Source: Octopus bimaculoides (taxonomy: Eukaryota). Taken from it: 64,000 nt of DNA. Where the stretch lies: the NCBI RefSeq assembly GCF_001194135.2, contig NC_068985.1, forward strand, positions 37,429,479 to 37,493,478, written 5' to 3'. Shown here in pieces: positions 1 to 14,445 of the stretch. The translations under genes and the position numbers were made by a program. Below the pieces are notes generated by a model. That model ran no database searches. It was not told where the DNA came from and saw only the letters and a list, made by a program, of their open reading frames with translations. Each line of letters opens with the position of its first letter. The stretch's first letter is position 1.

Positions 1-638
1 AACTTGTTCATGAAGGAGCCAATAGACTGACCGTGGTCACAGGTATTAGAATCTTACTGCCATTTCTCAATTAATATAACTGTTACGGCCAACCCACGAG
101 TTATTCTATGAGGATTTTTCGTAAGATTTTTATCCTGTGTCTGGTACTATTTAATATAATGAATCCCCGACAATGAATTTAGATGTAGATACATTGTTAG
201 CTTGCAAGAAAATATGATAATTAAATGGCTTATATCAAGTGTTATAAAGTTTACAATTCACATACTTGCATCAGAATTCATAAAATATATCAGCCACAAC
301 AAGGTTATTCACCGGTTTGCAGACATGTTGTATTTGGTCGATGACATTTTTAAAAATAATATTTTAGATTAGTAAAATTTGATGTTATCTTCTTTAACCG
401 TTTTCGTCATTAAATTCACTTTTTGAAAACAGAGTGATTTACAAAATCATCTGTGCTAGATGAGGCCCAAAGGTTGATCGAAAGACTTGTAATTCAACGT
501 TAGATGCAGCAGCTAGTTAAACATTCTAATTTCGTATCTATAATATTCATTTTCGTTAGATTTTTTTTAGACATATTAAAACCAGTCAGTTGAATAAAAT
601 AGATAATCATATTACTTCAAATCATCTGGAATCGTGGA

Positions 639-639
<1 letters not shown>

Positions 640-731
<92 letters not shown>

Positions 732-762
732 CACGCGCGTGCGTGCATGTGTGTGTGTGTTT
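640..762. repeat. (GT)n microsatellite
   Basis: Directly visible. Confidence 0.95.
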
Positions 763-2533
763 ATATATGCATTTATATACATGAAATGTTGCACGATGTG
801 TCTAGAAATATTGCTGCTACTAATATTGAATTTTGAATACTTTTCAGTCGGCCTTCAGGCTTCAACGAAAACAGTTTATTTTAAAAAATCATTTAATTTT
901 TGAGAATTACTTTTCTGGCTTAAGAATTTAAAGAAGAAAATATGTATATGTTTATTTACTCTATTACTTTTGGCTTCTTTGCTGTTTAATTTATTTTTCA
1001 ACGTGATTGGTGCTGGTCTATGATTAGATATAAGGCATGCTTGTTGTATATTTTATGAGTTTTATGAAAAAAAAAAGAAAAAAATTCGTCTCTCCTATAT
1101 AAAGGGTGCATTTCTTTCATGTTCTAAACTCTGTGGTTTCTTAGTCTTGATGTTTCTGTTGTTGTTGCCTCAGGTCAGACCCGATTAAGCAGACGGATGA
1201 TTAAGTCACTCAGAACTTCTACCATTCTATTCAACTTCCAAAATTATAGTAATGTTGAAAATTTAGTAGCTGATTCTAGCTGGTCAAATGAGTCTTTCGT
1301 TCCTTCGGATTCTTTACTTCTGCCTAGTTTTGTGACGGTGGTTCATCTTGTATTGAACTATTTGTTTCCGTATTATATGATTGTGTCGCTTAAATTATTT
1401 GAAACATTAAAAACTATTAGTTTAGTTTTCAATAATGATTTTGTGGAAGAGATCTAAGACCCTTTTCTGTATTATGGTTTTGTAGTTAAAGTTCATAAAT
1501 TTAGATTAACTGACAAACTGTGGGTGGAGGTGTGAGAGAGATCTCTGAGGTTTCGGCTTCTGATTTCATTGTATAATTCTTGCTCGCAAAAACTACATCG
1601 AGTTTCTTTAGATTCTGTTTTTTGAACTTTGTACCCGAAGTTTTATATTTACTGTTCTCTGCGTGAGAATCAGTTTTTTTTTTTTTACTAGCACTTTGCA
1701 TTCGCTTCGATTCACGTGTACATTCACATATTCAACATATGGACATCCATTCGTCTTTTCTCGAAATGCAGCTACAAGAACGGGCATGTTAATCTTGCTT
1801 GCCTCGGTTCTGTTGTGGATGTATTCCAAAATAAGGATTACCTTTTAGCCTAAGAAGTTTAACTAGGAGAATAAAATCCGCATTATGTTCACGTCTGTCT
1901 TTCCATAAGACTCGAAAATATCATAGTAATTACAAACGAAAACCAATCAGGAGATAATCTGAGATAAGTCTGAAGTTATGGTAATGAGTGTACATGAACT
2001 GAACGTAGCAATACTTCTGAAAATCGATCTGATTTATCTATCTTGATTCCTGATGTAGGTGTCCGATCAATCATATCCACTTCATGAACCATGGACGTAA
2101 TTTTGGTCACGTCGTTCTATTAACATCAAAAAGGCCTATTGAAAGATATGGTTGCGCGTGACTATTATATATTATGTGATTATATTTAAAATAATAGATA
2201 TATTGAGATATTGTTACTGTACAAATATGGATTTACATTGGTGGTTTAAGAATGTAATAATTTCATATAGTTAATGCTCCGTTATAAAACAACTGAACAG
2301 ATGCTAAATTCGTAGGATTGATACAATATTTTGCGGTGTTTGTTTCCGCTCATCATGCTCTCATTTCAAATGACACCAGGGCCAATAGATAAAGAACAAA
2401 CAGGGTGGTAGATTGATGAAATTGTTAAAGCGTCGGACTGGTCGACTGTTCTTTCTTTGGGTATCTCGAGTTAAAATCCCTACTTCTGTCACCGAAAATG
2501 CTGACGATTTACTTGATATTCTAAGGGAAAGAA

Positions 2534-2769
2534 TACACTCTAGTATTTAAACCGTCCATATCCAGCCAAAATATTCCACCTATTTTATTCTCAAAAATGG
2601 GCCAGATCAGGCCTCTAACACCAAGGTCTCTAATACCAAGCCGACATTCTAAACATAACAGTCACATCATCAAAATCCAACCGACAAAAGATAGTGCATA
2701 ATTAATTCAAAATGATGTGAATAAATAAGCAATACATTTGACAGAGTAATGTGAATTCTAACGAGTTAA
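2534..2769. mobile_element. Probable decayed TTAA-type MITE
   Basis: Ends GAATTCTAACGAGTTAA, similar to the right end at 35680-35699; the left end is degenerate. Confidence 0.3.
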
Positions 2770-3376
2770 ACACTTCGATAGGCTGGCTGGCTGGCACTTA
2801 AGACATATTTGTCAGATAATATTGAACGACTATCGCTTTCATATGTGGGTTGGAGTTTGAATATTAGCAAAAATGTGATTGACGACAAGAAACAGAACAA
2901 TTTGAGTCTCCACGCGATGCAACAATTTGTTGCCTAATACTTTTGTAAACTATAAATCACCACAGACTTCCAGTTTATGTCAGTCGTACATTTAGTAAAT
3001 TAAAACCTCATTTAAATTGACATTCATCTTGGCTTTATTCACACTTCACTGTTGTTGCTAGTCTTGTCGATTTTTTTGAAACCTGCTACGTTGTTTTAAT
3101 CAAATGATTAATAAATAACTAAACTGGTCGTATTGTAAACGTGGTTGGTGTGTATGTATTTGTCGTTGTTAAGAAAGAAAACGGTCAAATCTTTATAGCT
3201 GTTATAATTATATTATTTCATTTCTCTATCAAATTCTTCCCTCGTGTATATATACATATATATATATATATANNNNNNNNNNNNNNNNNNNNNNNNNNNN
3301 NNNNNNNNNNNNNNNNNNNNNNNNNNNNNNNNNNNNNNNNNNNNNNNNNNNNNNNNNNNNNNNNNNNNNNNNNNNN

Positions 3377-3422
<46 letters not shown>

Positions 3423-3519
3423 CTTACTTTGAAATGTACGCGTGGCGTACAATCATATAATAACATAAGATAAATAAATAATATATAAATATACATGCAT
3501 ACATACATACATATATATG

Positions 3520-4070
3520 TATGCATTTATGGGCACAGGTCGCCACAAAACGTGAACAACATGAAATACAAAAACAACATAATATGCGAAATACGAAAAC
3601 ATGGAATACGAGCTTGTTTTTGCGAACAACGGAAGAAACAAACGAAAACAAGAAATGCAACATAAAAAAATGACCCTGCATCAGTTTTCGGTTGTTTTTC
3701 TACTTCGTATTTCGAGCAATTAACGACAAGATACGTTTTCGACAAAACAGTTGCTCTCGCAAAGGAAATTAAATAAAATTTGTTATTTTGCGGATGGTCA
3801 AATCTGGTAGCAAAAACAGGATAGTGAAAACAAACAGGAAGGGCTGTTAAGCATGAACGAGTTGAGTTGGATCATCCGCAAAATCCCAAATCTTATTTAA
3901 TTTGCTTTGCGGTAGCAACTGTTTTGTCGAAAACGTATCTTGTCTTTCAATGCTCGAAATACGAAGTAGAAAGACAACCGACAACTAATGACGGGTCATT
4001 TTTTTAATGTTGCATGTCTTGTATTTCATGCTGTTTACATTCTGTAGTGCTTTCTGCCCATATATGCATG
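3520..4070. repeat. Long imperfect inverted repeat (foldback element)
   Basis: Arm 3520-3796 is the reverse complement of arm 3873-4070, e.g. CGACAAGATACGTTTTCGACAAAACAGTTGC vs GCAACTGTTTTGTCGAAAACGTATCTTGTC. Spacer about 76 nt; the left arm has about 70 extra bp. Confidence 0.85.
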
Positions 4071-5489
4071 TGTATATACATATATATGTACATATATGTA
4101 TGCATATATATATACTATATGATATNNNNNNNNNNNNNNNNNNNNNNNNNNNNNNNNNNNNNNNNNNNNNNNNNNNNNNNNNNNNNNNNNNNNNNNNNNN
4201 NNNNNNNNNNNNNNNNNNNNNNNNNNNNNNNNNNNNNNNNNNNNNNNNNNNNNNNNNNATATATATATATATATATAAATTGATATTCTGTTGCCGCTCA
4301 TGTGAAGGCCGAATATTTTTGTTCAAATATTGTTCTTTCTGTTGCATTTTCCCCTGTTGTCATTTTCCTAAGTATTATTTTCCTAGATGCTGGTTATATA
4401 TTTTCTTTATTGTATTGTTGCTGTTATTTCAATCTCCGTGTAATCTCCGTGTTACTGGTTTTTCATTTTCATCGGTTGTTGTTAGAAATTTAAGGAAATT
4501 GGCTATGTTATTTTATCCACTAAACACAGATTTGATTAACTTTGATAACAGATAATACTATGCAATCCCAAACGTACCGTGGATGTCAATTATCTGACAG
4601 CATACATTTGATCACAGAGACAACAGACGTGTAAACAATCACGAAAAATAGAGATAACATTTAAAACAGCTGCACATCCATTAAAGGAAATAATATAAAA
4701 CTTAAAACAATTTTTACTTTCACAAACATCTTAGAAACAGAACTGCTAAGCTGAACTACCAACTATTTAGTATGGTAACCAAATTTTTACGGAGAGAAAT
4801 CTTAACGTATTTAAGATGGAAGTTCCGTGTTTAAAATCCTCAATCTTAGAACATGGTATATAAATAAGATACTCTCGCTACAATTAGAAAGGTCAATGGA
4901 ATGTTTCAATCGATCACCTTTTACGTAGCTGATTGGAATTGACCGACAACAGTAATATCAAAGTATGCGAATAACACAACCAAAGCATCGAACTCTCCCT
5001 TCCACCTCTCACTCTTTCTCTTTCACTCAAACACACACATTCACCCAGACACACACATTCACAGACACGCATACACATTTACACAAACTTAGATACACAC
5101 ACGCACACATTCACACAAACAAATATATTGATGTTATGTGTAAGAATACGTATGTTGTATAATATGTAAATTCCCGCATACACACACGAATATTCATACT
5201 TATAAGTCATACACAAATATAGGTACATACATACACACACACACACATTATATAATTCTGAAGACATGCAAATTTAACCATAACATGCAGATTCTGATCA
5301 TAGCTTTGTCTTTCAATTTATAATAAGGATGCACATGAACTCCTATTTCCAAACACATTTTGGTAATATGCAATACATTCTACAAATGAATATATATATA
5401 TAAATATATATATTTATTTATATGTGTGTGTGTGTGTGTAAATATGAGCGCCTGTGTATATAGGCATACAAACGCACAGACATATCACT

Positions 5490-5537
<48 letters not shown>

Positions 5538-6567
5538 AGTGTGTTAGGTGTGATACGTACATACATGCATACATACATACATACATACATACATACACAC
5601 ATACACACACAACGCACACCTACACACATGTATGTTAGTATAGGTACATGCAAAGTTTCTTTCCCTCTGGAATTATTCGAAAGTTATAGACTCATCCTTA
5701 AGTGAACTGAAAATTACTGAAGATATATTTTTGATGTTTATATATATATATATGCATGTATGTATGTATGCATGTATGTATGTATGTATGTATGTATGTA
5801 TGTATGTATGTATGTATAATGATCTCTCTGAGACCGGTGATAGCAACACTGTTAAATACATCCCCAAGGAGAAATGGAAACTGACAGCCACAGGTTAAAA
5901 AACAAAGAGGTCAGAACGAAGTTTCCGAGGCTGACGTTCTCCTGAAGATATTAATTGTAACGTTTATTGCGGAGCCTGGAGAGTGGAATCAATATATATG
6001 AGAGCAGAACACGAGCAAGCAGTAGAATCTAAATAGCGAATGTTCGAAAACGGCGTAAGATTCGAGAACAGACTTATTCGGTAGCTAGAAAATGATTGAG
6101 AGAGAGCGAGAGAAGATAATATGCTTGGACAAGATAGAGATGGACCAGTATATCCAAATCTGATTTAATGGGCTGCATAGTCGGTGACGTCAAGCACGTT
6201 CTTATGGTCAGCTACTAATAGCACATAATAGCATAATAACTCTAAACTGTATTTCGTATTTGTATTTGGTTTGCAAGATTCTTTATGAGAATTCGTGTGT
6301 TGAACCATATTTTATTGTGTCATTCTCTTTTAGTGCCTTATTATTTAACACACTCACCGGTTCGATTTCCACTCAATTAGTTATTTATTGTTTTCTGAAA
6401 TTTTCGTTGCTTCTTGCAACCTTATCAATCGTCGTCGACTCTGCTCGTTATCAGAGCTGCGTTCTTTTTGTTTGATTGTTTGTTTGTTTGTTTGTGCGCA
6501 TGTGTGTGCGTCAGTGTGCATGTGTATACACATATGTATATATGTGTATGCATGTATGTGTGTGTTC

Positions 6568-6607
<40 letters not shown>

Positions 6608-7006
6608 ACGTTTGTATGTATGTATGTATGCATGTATGTATGTATGTATGTATGTATGTATGTATGTTTTCTGCATATGCATGTGATTGTGTTCATGCCT
6701 GTGCGTTTGTATGAGTGTGTGTGTTTGTGTGTGTGTCTCTGTCTCCTTGTGTGTGCATGTTTGTGTGTGTCTATGTGTATGGGTTTGTTTGACTATGTAG
6801 GTGCGTATATCATTATCATCAGCATCACTGAAGGCCATCATCGTCGTCATGTTGATACCAATTTTCATCACTGAAGAAGTACGCAATCGTCAACGTCACT
6901 GCCATTGTCTACAGTCACGTCGTCTGTAGGTATTTGACATCTACTAGCGTATAGGCACTGGCTTTCCAGCGCCCTTAGTTATAATTACATTATTATTATT
7001 ATAGTT

Positions 7007-7053
<47 letters not shown>

Positions 7054-7074
7054 AGTTCGCTAGCCACTACACAT

Positions 7075-7245
7075 TCTTTTTTTTTTTTTCTCTCCTTGTT
7101 TCTTTCTGTGTTCCTTTCTGTGGAAGAGCGTAGGCTCGAAACGTTAAAGACTTTTTCACTCTCCGAGCATTGTACTAATACATCTGTTTATTGTTTACAC
7201 CACCTGTCTTCGTCTTTTGTTTTTTTGTGAATTCTTCCCCCTATA
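7075..7245 (+). repeat. Dispersed PLE-like non-coding repeat containing an HHR (copy 1 of 3)
   Basis: Roughly 150 bp of near identity with 15500-15680 (+) and, partly, 63740-63850 (-). Confidence 0.65.
7114..7149 (+). ncRNA. Minimal hammerhead variant (core CUGUGGA) in a PLE-like repeat
   Basis: CTTT-CTGTGGA-A-GAGC[gtag]GCTC-GAAA-CG-T-T-AAAG. Stems I and II are perfect; A6 is replaced by U. Confidence 0.6.
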
Positions 7246-7289
7246 TACACGCGCGCGCGCGTGCACTCACACACATGCGCGCGCGCACT

Positions 7290-7321
<32 letters not shown>

Positions 7322-7521
7322 CACACCCCCCCACACACACATAGATATATATAAGGATAGATAAATACAGATATAGAGAGGCGGACATATGCACACATAT
7401 ACGTATACTTACATATATATATATATATATATATACAGGAATATATATGCATATCTATGCATATGCATCATATACATGCAGCTTTATGTATATACAAATG
7501 TGCGTTTACATATATACATAC

Positions 7522-7560
<39 letters not shown>

Positions 7561-7609
7561 ATATGTGTGTGTATGTATGTATATGTGTATATATATCCAT
7601 GTGTATGTG

Positions 7610-7641
<32 letters not shown>

Positions 7642-9503
7642 CGTGTGTGTATATATACGCATGTGTAAACGCATATATATGCATATAGTATCCCTTCTAC
7701 TACAAGCACAAGGCCATATATATGCAAATACTATCACGTATATATTATGTATTACATAAATGCATGCACACATATATGCAAACATCCAGACATACATACA
7801 TGCATACATACATATATAAACACCCTCAATTATTCATGCATGTTTTCTGAGTAATTTCAACTTGTGGCAAACTGTAACCAGAGACTAAGTGATTCTACTA
7901 AGAATTGCATAGTCTGGACGCGTGCCACTCTCTACAGACTTCTGGCAACATGACTCACCTATTGAGAGGTACAAAAAGCGAAGTTAGAAATCGTTGCACT
8001 TTCTTCACACGAAGACATCAATACGCCATTAGTGGGGATAGAATTTTAATATCTTATACACAACCCAACACATTTTAGAATAAGTATGTATAAAGTCTTA
8101 TAAGTATATATATATATATGATGTTGTTAGTGTTAATGGTGGAGTTGGTGGTGGTGGTGGCGGTGGTCAAGCTGTTGTTGTTGTTGGTAGTGGTGGTGGT
8201 GATGGCCATTTTGAGAGTCTTTATATGTATGCACACATACACACACAAATAATCACACACACACATATATATGCATATATATATTCACACACATATATAC
8301 CCATACATATATATATACACACAAACATACACACACACATACATATATGTATACTCACAGACATGCATATATGTATATTAATACACACATACACAAACCT
8401 TCATATAAATATATGCATGTGTATATGTTTGACTTTATGTATATATAAATACATGTCTGGGTGCGTCTCTGCGTTTATGCGTTCGCATGCGTGTCTATGT
8501 ATATATAATGGATATACAATGTACGAGTAAATGAAAGATTGCCTATATATGCAGTGATGAGTGAGTGTACAACATCTGTAACTTATTGGCTTTCCCTAGT
8601 TTCGACTGCCTCATGCATTTTCATGGTAATTCGAACTGATAATCTGTGCTTTGTATGTGTCTTAATCTGAAGTTAACGACTTCGATTGTTTCAAATGGCT
8701 TGGTATAGCCTGGGGCAATTTGATGTTGTGTGGCGAGGTAAAGTTCTATGCGAGGTTGTGTGCCGAATATTTGAATCTTGTGCTATCAGTTTGTGCTGTA
8801 TCGATATCAGTGACTTCTAATTCTGAATGCAGCATAACCTTTATTGGAAAATAAATTAATTTAGGCAAAATCTGTGATATTATTGTACATATGGGGCTAA
8901 ATTTATCAGATATTGTTTAACAATATGGCAACAGGGTCGTGAACTAAAATATGCTAGTCAGTCAGATAAAATATCACTGAGTTGGAAAATATTGTTGTAG
9001 CTTTTAATCATTAAAGAGAAACCCTGGCAGAAATTCAGATTATCGATGTGACTCAGAGAATAATGTGTAAGGGATTAACTTGTTGCAACTTAGATGTAAT
9101 CGGAAACATATTTTAGCGACGTCATAGATGTACTAAAAATGTCTGTTATTGTTAGAAATCCTTAATATCTTCAGGTCTCTTTTACTAAGTTAAAATGACC
9201 GGAGGAATGGAATACGGTGCAAAATTACATTACTGAAATATTTAGTAAAAACCCTGTCTGAAGTTAGGTTTACATTTAATTGATTATGTATAGATTTACA
9301 TCTTAGGCACAACACCAAATGATTTGGTGAAATTCTGGCGTAGCTCCTGGTGGAATAAACTGCAAATTCGACTCCAGTGGGATATGAACTCAAAGCATTA
9401 ACAAAAGCAATTATCTAAATTCCACGTAATTTTTATCCTCTGCTTTAATAATTCTCACAATCACTAGACTATGTAGCTATACTAAATTTATAAACTTCTT
9501 AAA

Positions 9504-9712
9504 GGCTGCGAGCTTTCAAACTCGTTAGTACGTCGGGCAAAACGTTTAGCGGTGTTTCGTCCGTCTTTAGGCTTTGAGTTCAAATTCCGCCGATGTCAGC
9601 TTTGCCTTTCATCCTTTCGGTGTTGATAAAATAAGACACATTTGAACACTGAGATCGATGTAATCGACTTACTCCTCCCCCAGAATTGCAGGCATTGTTC
9701 CCAAATCTGAAG
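9504..9712 (+). mobile_element. SINE family A (tRNA-like head, GTCGACTTTGCCTTTCATCC..GTCGATAAA central domain)
   Basis: Matches more than 12 other copies in the window; B-box-like GAGTTCAAATTCC. Confidence 0.8.
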
Positions 9713-9794
9713 CCGATAGCTTCCCACAGAGTTATGGTATCACAAATATTGTGAGTACAGAAAGAAATATTTTAAATCCAGTATGTATTTCAAA

Positions 9795-9960
9795 AGGCCT
9801 GCCTTGCCACATTCTGTGTCACAGTGAATCTCCCTGAGAACTACGTTAAGGGTACGCACGACTGAGGAGTGCTCAGTCACTTGTACGTTAATTTCACGAG
9901 CACACCGTTCTGTTGATCGGATCAACTGAAGCCTTCATCGTCGTAACCGATGGAGTGTCA
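9795..9960 (+). mobile_element. SINE family B 3' fragment (tail T1)
   Basis: GAACTACGTTAAGGGTAC...GATCGGATCAACTG. Confidence 0.75.
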
Positions 9961-10449
9961 GTTTAGTCCTCAGCTGAAGTGTAATCTAATGTTGTACACA
10001 TAAAAAAATATATCCTTAACTATAAGCGTCATCCACAGATTTTATCAACATTGCCCTAGCCTTTGCTTCTGCCAGCTGCGAGAGTTTCTGTGCTTAGATA
10101 AAGCTAGTAGCTATAGTAGCCATAGACAGCAGGAGGGAATTCTGCAGATATGAACGGGTGGATAAATGGTTCACTTCCCAATTGAGAGGACAATAGTTCT
10201 TGATTTCATCTTGTAGCTTTCTTGCCTGGTGTCTGTTACTATAGTCCCGAATTGGCCCAACACCGGAAGAGAAGTCGGATAAACAGAAACTATGCTGAAG
10301 GTCCTCAGATAGATTCTATGAGGTTCAAATTTCTTACATATTTAGTCGCTGTGAATCGCCCTGAGAAATTGTACTACAGTTGTGTGTGAGTAGTATTAAA
10401 TTATTTAAGCTCATTTCGTCAAAAAGCTATGTTAAGTATCTTCACCAAG

Positions 10450-10630
10450 GATAAACCACCACCTCCTCCTCCTCCTCCTCCTCCTCCTCCTCATCATCAT
10501 CATCATCATCATCATCACCACCACCACCAACGCCATCACCGTCATCATCATCATCGTCGTCGTCATCATCATCATCATCATCACCACCACCACCGTCGCC
10601 ATTGTCACCTATCATCATCATCATCGTCAT

Positions 10631-10661
<31 letters not shown>

Positions 10662-10774
10662 ATCATCATCATCAATAGCAACAGCAACAACGTTGTCGTC
10701 GCCACCACCACTAAAATGATGATGATGATGACGACGATCATGATCATGATAATGATGATGATAATAATGCTGTA

Positions 10775-10814
<40 letters not shown>

Positions 10815-11176
10815 TTGATTATGGTCATGGTGACGATCATCATCACCACCATTACCAGCATGGTGTGTTTTGATGGTTGCAATTATGGTGGTGCATAAAT
10901 GGTGGCGGGATGATGGTGTAGCAGCGATGATTATAATGAAGATTGTATGGAGAGAGGATGAGACACTAACAGGAGGAAAGCGGAGGAAGTGGGGGGTATA
11001 CTGAAGTCGACATCGACGATAAACGACGACGATGATGATGATGATGATGACGATGATGATGATGATGATGATGACGATGACGATGACGATGATGATGATG
11101 ACGATGACGATGACGATGATGATGATGACGATGACGATGATGATGACGATGATGATGATGATGATGACGATGACGT

Positions 11177-11227
<51 letters not shown>

Positions 11228-11349
11228 CGAAGACGATGATGATGATGACGATGACGATGATGATGATGATGATGACGATGATGATGATGATGACGATGAC
11301 GATGATGATGACGATGATGATGATGATGATGATGATGACGATGACGATG

Positions 11350-11381
<32 letters not shown>

Positions 11382-11414
11382 GATGATGACGATGACGATG
11401 ATGATGACGATGAC

Positions 11415-11446
<32 letters not shown>

Positions 11447-11960
11447 CGATGACGATGATGATGACGATGATGATGATGATGGTGATGATGACGATGACGA
11501 TGATGATGACGATGACGATGATGATGATGATGATGATGTTGGGAATGATGATGATGATGATGAATGTGATGTCGGTGGTGTTGGTGTTGATGTTGTTGTT
11601 GTTGGTGGTGGTGGTTTTGGTAGCGGATGCGGTGGAGCTTGCTTTGTACTGGTTGTGATGTTTATGCATCAATTAACTGTGTAGTGGCGGTTGAAGAAAT
11701 AGAACCGTACAACTAATTCCAGTCCGTGAGACATATAAAGACTCTCAAAATGGCCACCACCACCACGACCACGACGACGATGACCACCACCACCACGACT
11801 ACCACCACCAATTTCGACCGCCGCGGCCATCACCACCACCATTAATACTAACAACACGATCATTATTACTACTACTATCACTACTACTACTACTACACTA
11901 ACATCATAAGACTACTACTACCACTACCGCCTGTACTACCACTACCACCATCACTAACAT

Positions 11961-11992
<32 letters not shown>

Positions 11993-12062
11993 TTACTACC
12001 ACCACCGCCACTACTACTACCACTACCACCACCACCATTACTACTACTACTACTACTACTAC
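10450..12062. repeat. Compound trinucleotide microsatellite block: (CAT/CAC/CCT)n, (GAT/GAC)n about 11022-11560, (CAC/TAC)n
   Basis: Directly visible. Confidence 0.95.
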
Positions 12063-12421
12063 TACAGATAGTTAATTTTCCACAATGAGCAGCAGGACAT
12101 GTAACACTTTTCTCCCAGATAACAAAATACAAATAATAAAAAAATGAAACAAAAATTACGAAAATAAATAAACAAATAAATAAATGAATANNNNNNNNNN
12201 CCCCCTCTCTCTCTCTCTCTTTCTTCTCTCTCTCTCTCTCTTCCCCCCTCTCTCTCTCTCTCGTTCTTCTCTTTCTCTCTTTCTTTCACTTTACTATAAA
12301 AACAATTATCATTTACTCGATCCTACTTCAGACATCACATTACTATAACTTCTTTCGTTCTTCCTGTTCACGATCTCTCTCTTCTTTTTTTCCATCTTAT
12401 TTCCATCTTTTACTTGCTTTG

Positions 12422-12425
12422 GTTG

Positions 12426-12459
<34 letters not shown>

Positions 12460-12482
12460 CATTATTATTGTTGTTATTATTA

Positions 12483-12563
<81 letters not shown>

Positions 12564-12615
12564 GTGTTGTTGTTGTCGTCGTCGTCGTTGTTGTTGGTAT
12601 CATCATAATCATCAT

Positions 12616-12654
<39 letters not shown>

Positions 12655-12700
12655 AATCATCATCATTATCATCGTCATCATCATCGTCATAATTGTTATT
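12422..12700. repeat. (TAT)n/(GTT)n/(CAT)n microsatellite
   Basis: Directly visible. Confidence 0.95.
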
Positions 12701-13624
12701 CACTACTAGCCTCTTCAGACGTGCTTTCAAATCATTTTTGAGACCATTGAAGTCTTAGAACATTAAAAAAAAAAAAAAAAAAATTAAACTGTTTCCACAG
12801 AATTATTTTCAAACAAGAATGTATTTGAACATGCAGAATTTTCTTCTCATAGTGTCCAAATAGTAAAGTCTCTTCTGAGACATTTTTTAAAATTATTTTA
12901 TTTTGTCTCGTGATGTTTAGTTTGCACTTCTATGGATATTTTTCCGCATATTTAAGCAGGTCGAAATATCACAAAGAAACTCCATCGATCTATCGCTCGT
13001 ATCAGTGTGTGTGTGTCTCACTCAATGCTTAACTATATGATAATGTGTACGTAAGAGTGGTTATAATTCTTTTCTTAAATCCCTCTCTTAGTTATATATC
13101 ATCCGTTAAATGTTAGAAAAGTAGATCGAAATAACTTTAGCCGCCTACAAGTAAAAAACAATCTAAAATGGTAAAGTATCGAAATACTAAATTCCTACAA
13201 GAGTGAAGCCAACATCTTGAATAAGATTTATATTTAGACCCTTGATAAGACACGCGTGAGAAATCCGACAACAAAAAGTAACTTATAGGGCTGGAAAACA
13301 CTAGTTTCATCAGTCCAAAAACTATACAAATGCGCAGACGAAGGAAACTGAAGTCCATTGCGATCTCTTTACCTACGCCCTAGCTTTTCTCTTTGTCTCG
13401 TTTCTCTACCATATATTTTTTTACTACACAACACATTCTGCTCACTCGGAAGTTAATGTTCTCCTACTTCTAACTCCATAAACAAGCTTAATTTTGTGCA
13501 AAATATATTTTTCCTCGATTTTAAACAAATACATACATAGATAGATACATACGCACGTACATACATAATACATATATACATACACAAACACACACGCACA
13601 CACACACAAACACACACACACATA

Positions 13625-13784
13625 TTAAGCTATGGGCACACTGGGCAGTAGCCCGGGGACCTCATGTGTCTAGGGGTCCAATTTTGATCTATGTATTCTG
13701 TGCCTTGTTGTATCGGTAAGTAAATAAACTAGAACCTAGTGTACTTATTGTCCGGGAACCTATAGTGCTGCTAAAACGCCCCTG
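13625..13784 (+). mobile_element. hAT-type MITE remnant
   Basis: TTAAGCTATGGGCACACTGGGCAGTAGCCCGGGG...CCGGGAACCTATAGTGCTGCTAAAACGCCCCTG, with a CCCTG terminus. Confidence 0.45.
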
Positions 13785-13991
13785 TGTGTATGTGCGTATG
13801 CATACATACCAGTGTCTGACTACACACTAAAATTTGATATATCGGTGACGGGGGAATTGGCTGTTATGTCTAACTGGGTGTCTGTCTCTGACAAGCCAAA
13901 GATAGAACGAAATTATGTGATCTGATAGTTCCGGCGGCCGTAGCGGATGGTTATCGCCTTTGGGCTGAAATACATAGAAGAATAAAAGTAG

Positions 13992-14024
<33 letters not shown>

Positions 14025-14275
14025 GGTGTGTGTGTGTCTGTGTATTTGTTTGCATGTGTGTATGTACTGCGCCAACATTTTATTAAATATTTTTTTGGCT
14101 ATTCCCAACTGATTGCTATTCAAATATAACATAATATGGTAAAATATATGTGCTAAATCCTCTGAAATACGTTGCACCGAAAGAAATACTGCTGTAATTG
14201 AAGTAAAATAAAATATATAAATGTATGTATGTAAGTATATATGTATGTGTGTGTGTGTACGTATGGATACAGATA

Positions 14276-14445
14276 GCCGCAGGCGTGGCTGTGTGGTATG
14301 AAGCTTACTTCTCAACCACATAGTTCTGGGTTCAGTTCCACTGCGTGGCACCATGGGCAAGTGTCTTCTACTATAGACTTGGGGCCGACAATAGCCTTGT
14401 AAGTGAATGTGGTAGACGGAAACTGAAAGAAGCCCGTCATATATA
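14276..14445 (+). mobile_element. SINE family C 5' half
   Basis: GCAGGCGTGGCTGTGTGG...GAAAGAAGCCCGTC. Confidence 0.85.

Noticed and set aside
455-500. CTAGATGA-GGCC..GGTT..C-GAAA hammerhead-like string
   Set aside because: The core has an insertion and there is no stem I or III pairing.
1200-1950. Possible decayed LINE ORF1/RRM-like coding remnant on the minus strand (IFESYGKT...)
   Set aside because: There are multiple stops and no diagnostic motif I can name.
10075-10310. About 75-codon minus-strand open frame after a CATAG acceptor
   Set aside because: It has no start, no recognisable homology, and a length compatible with chance.
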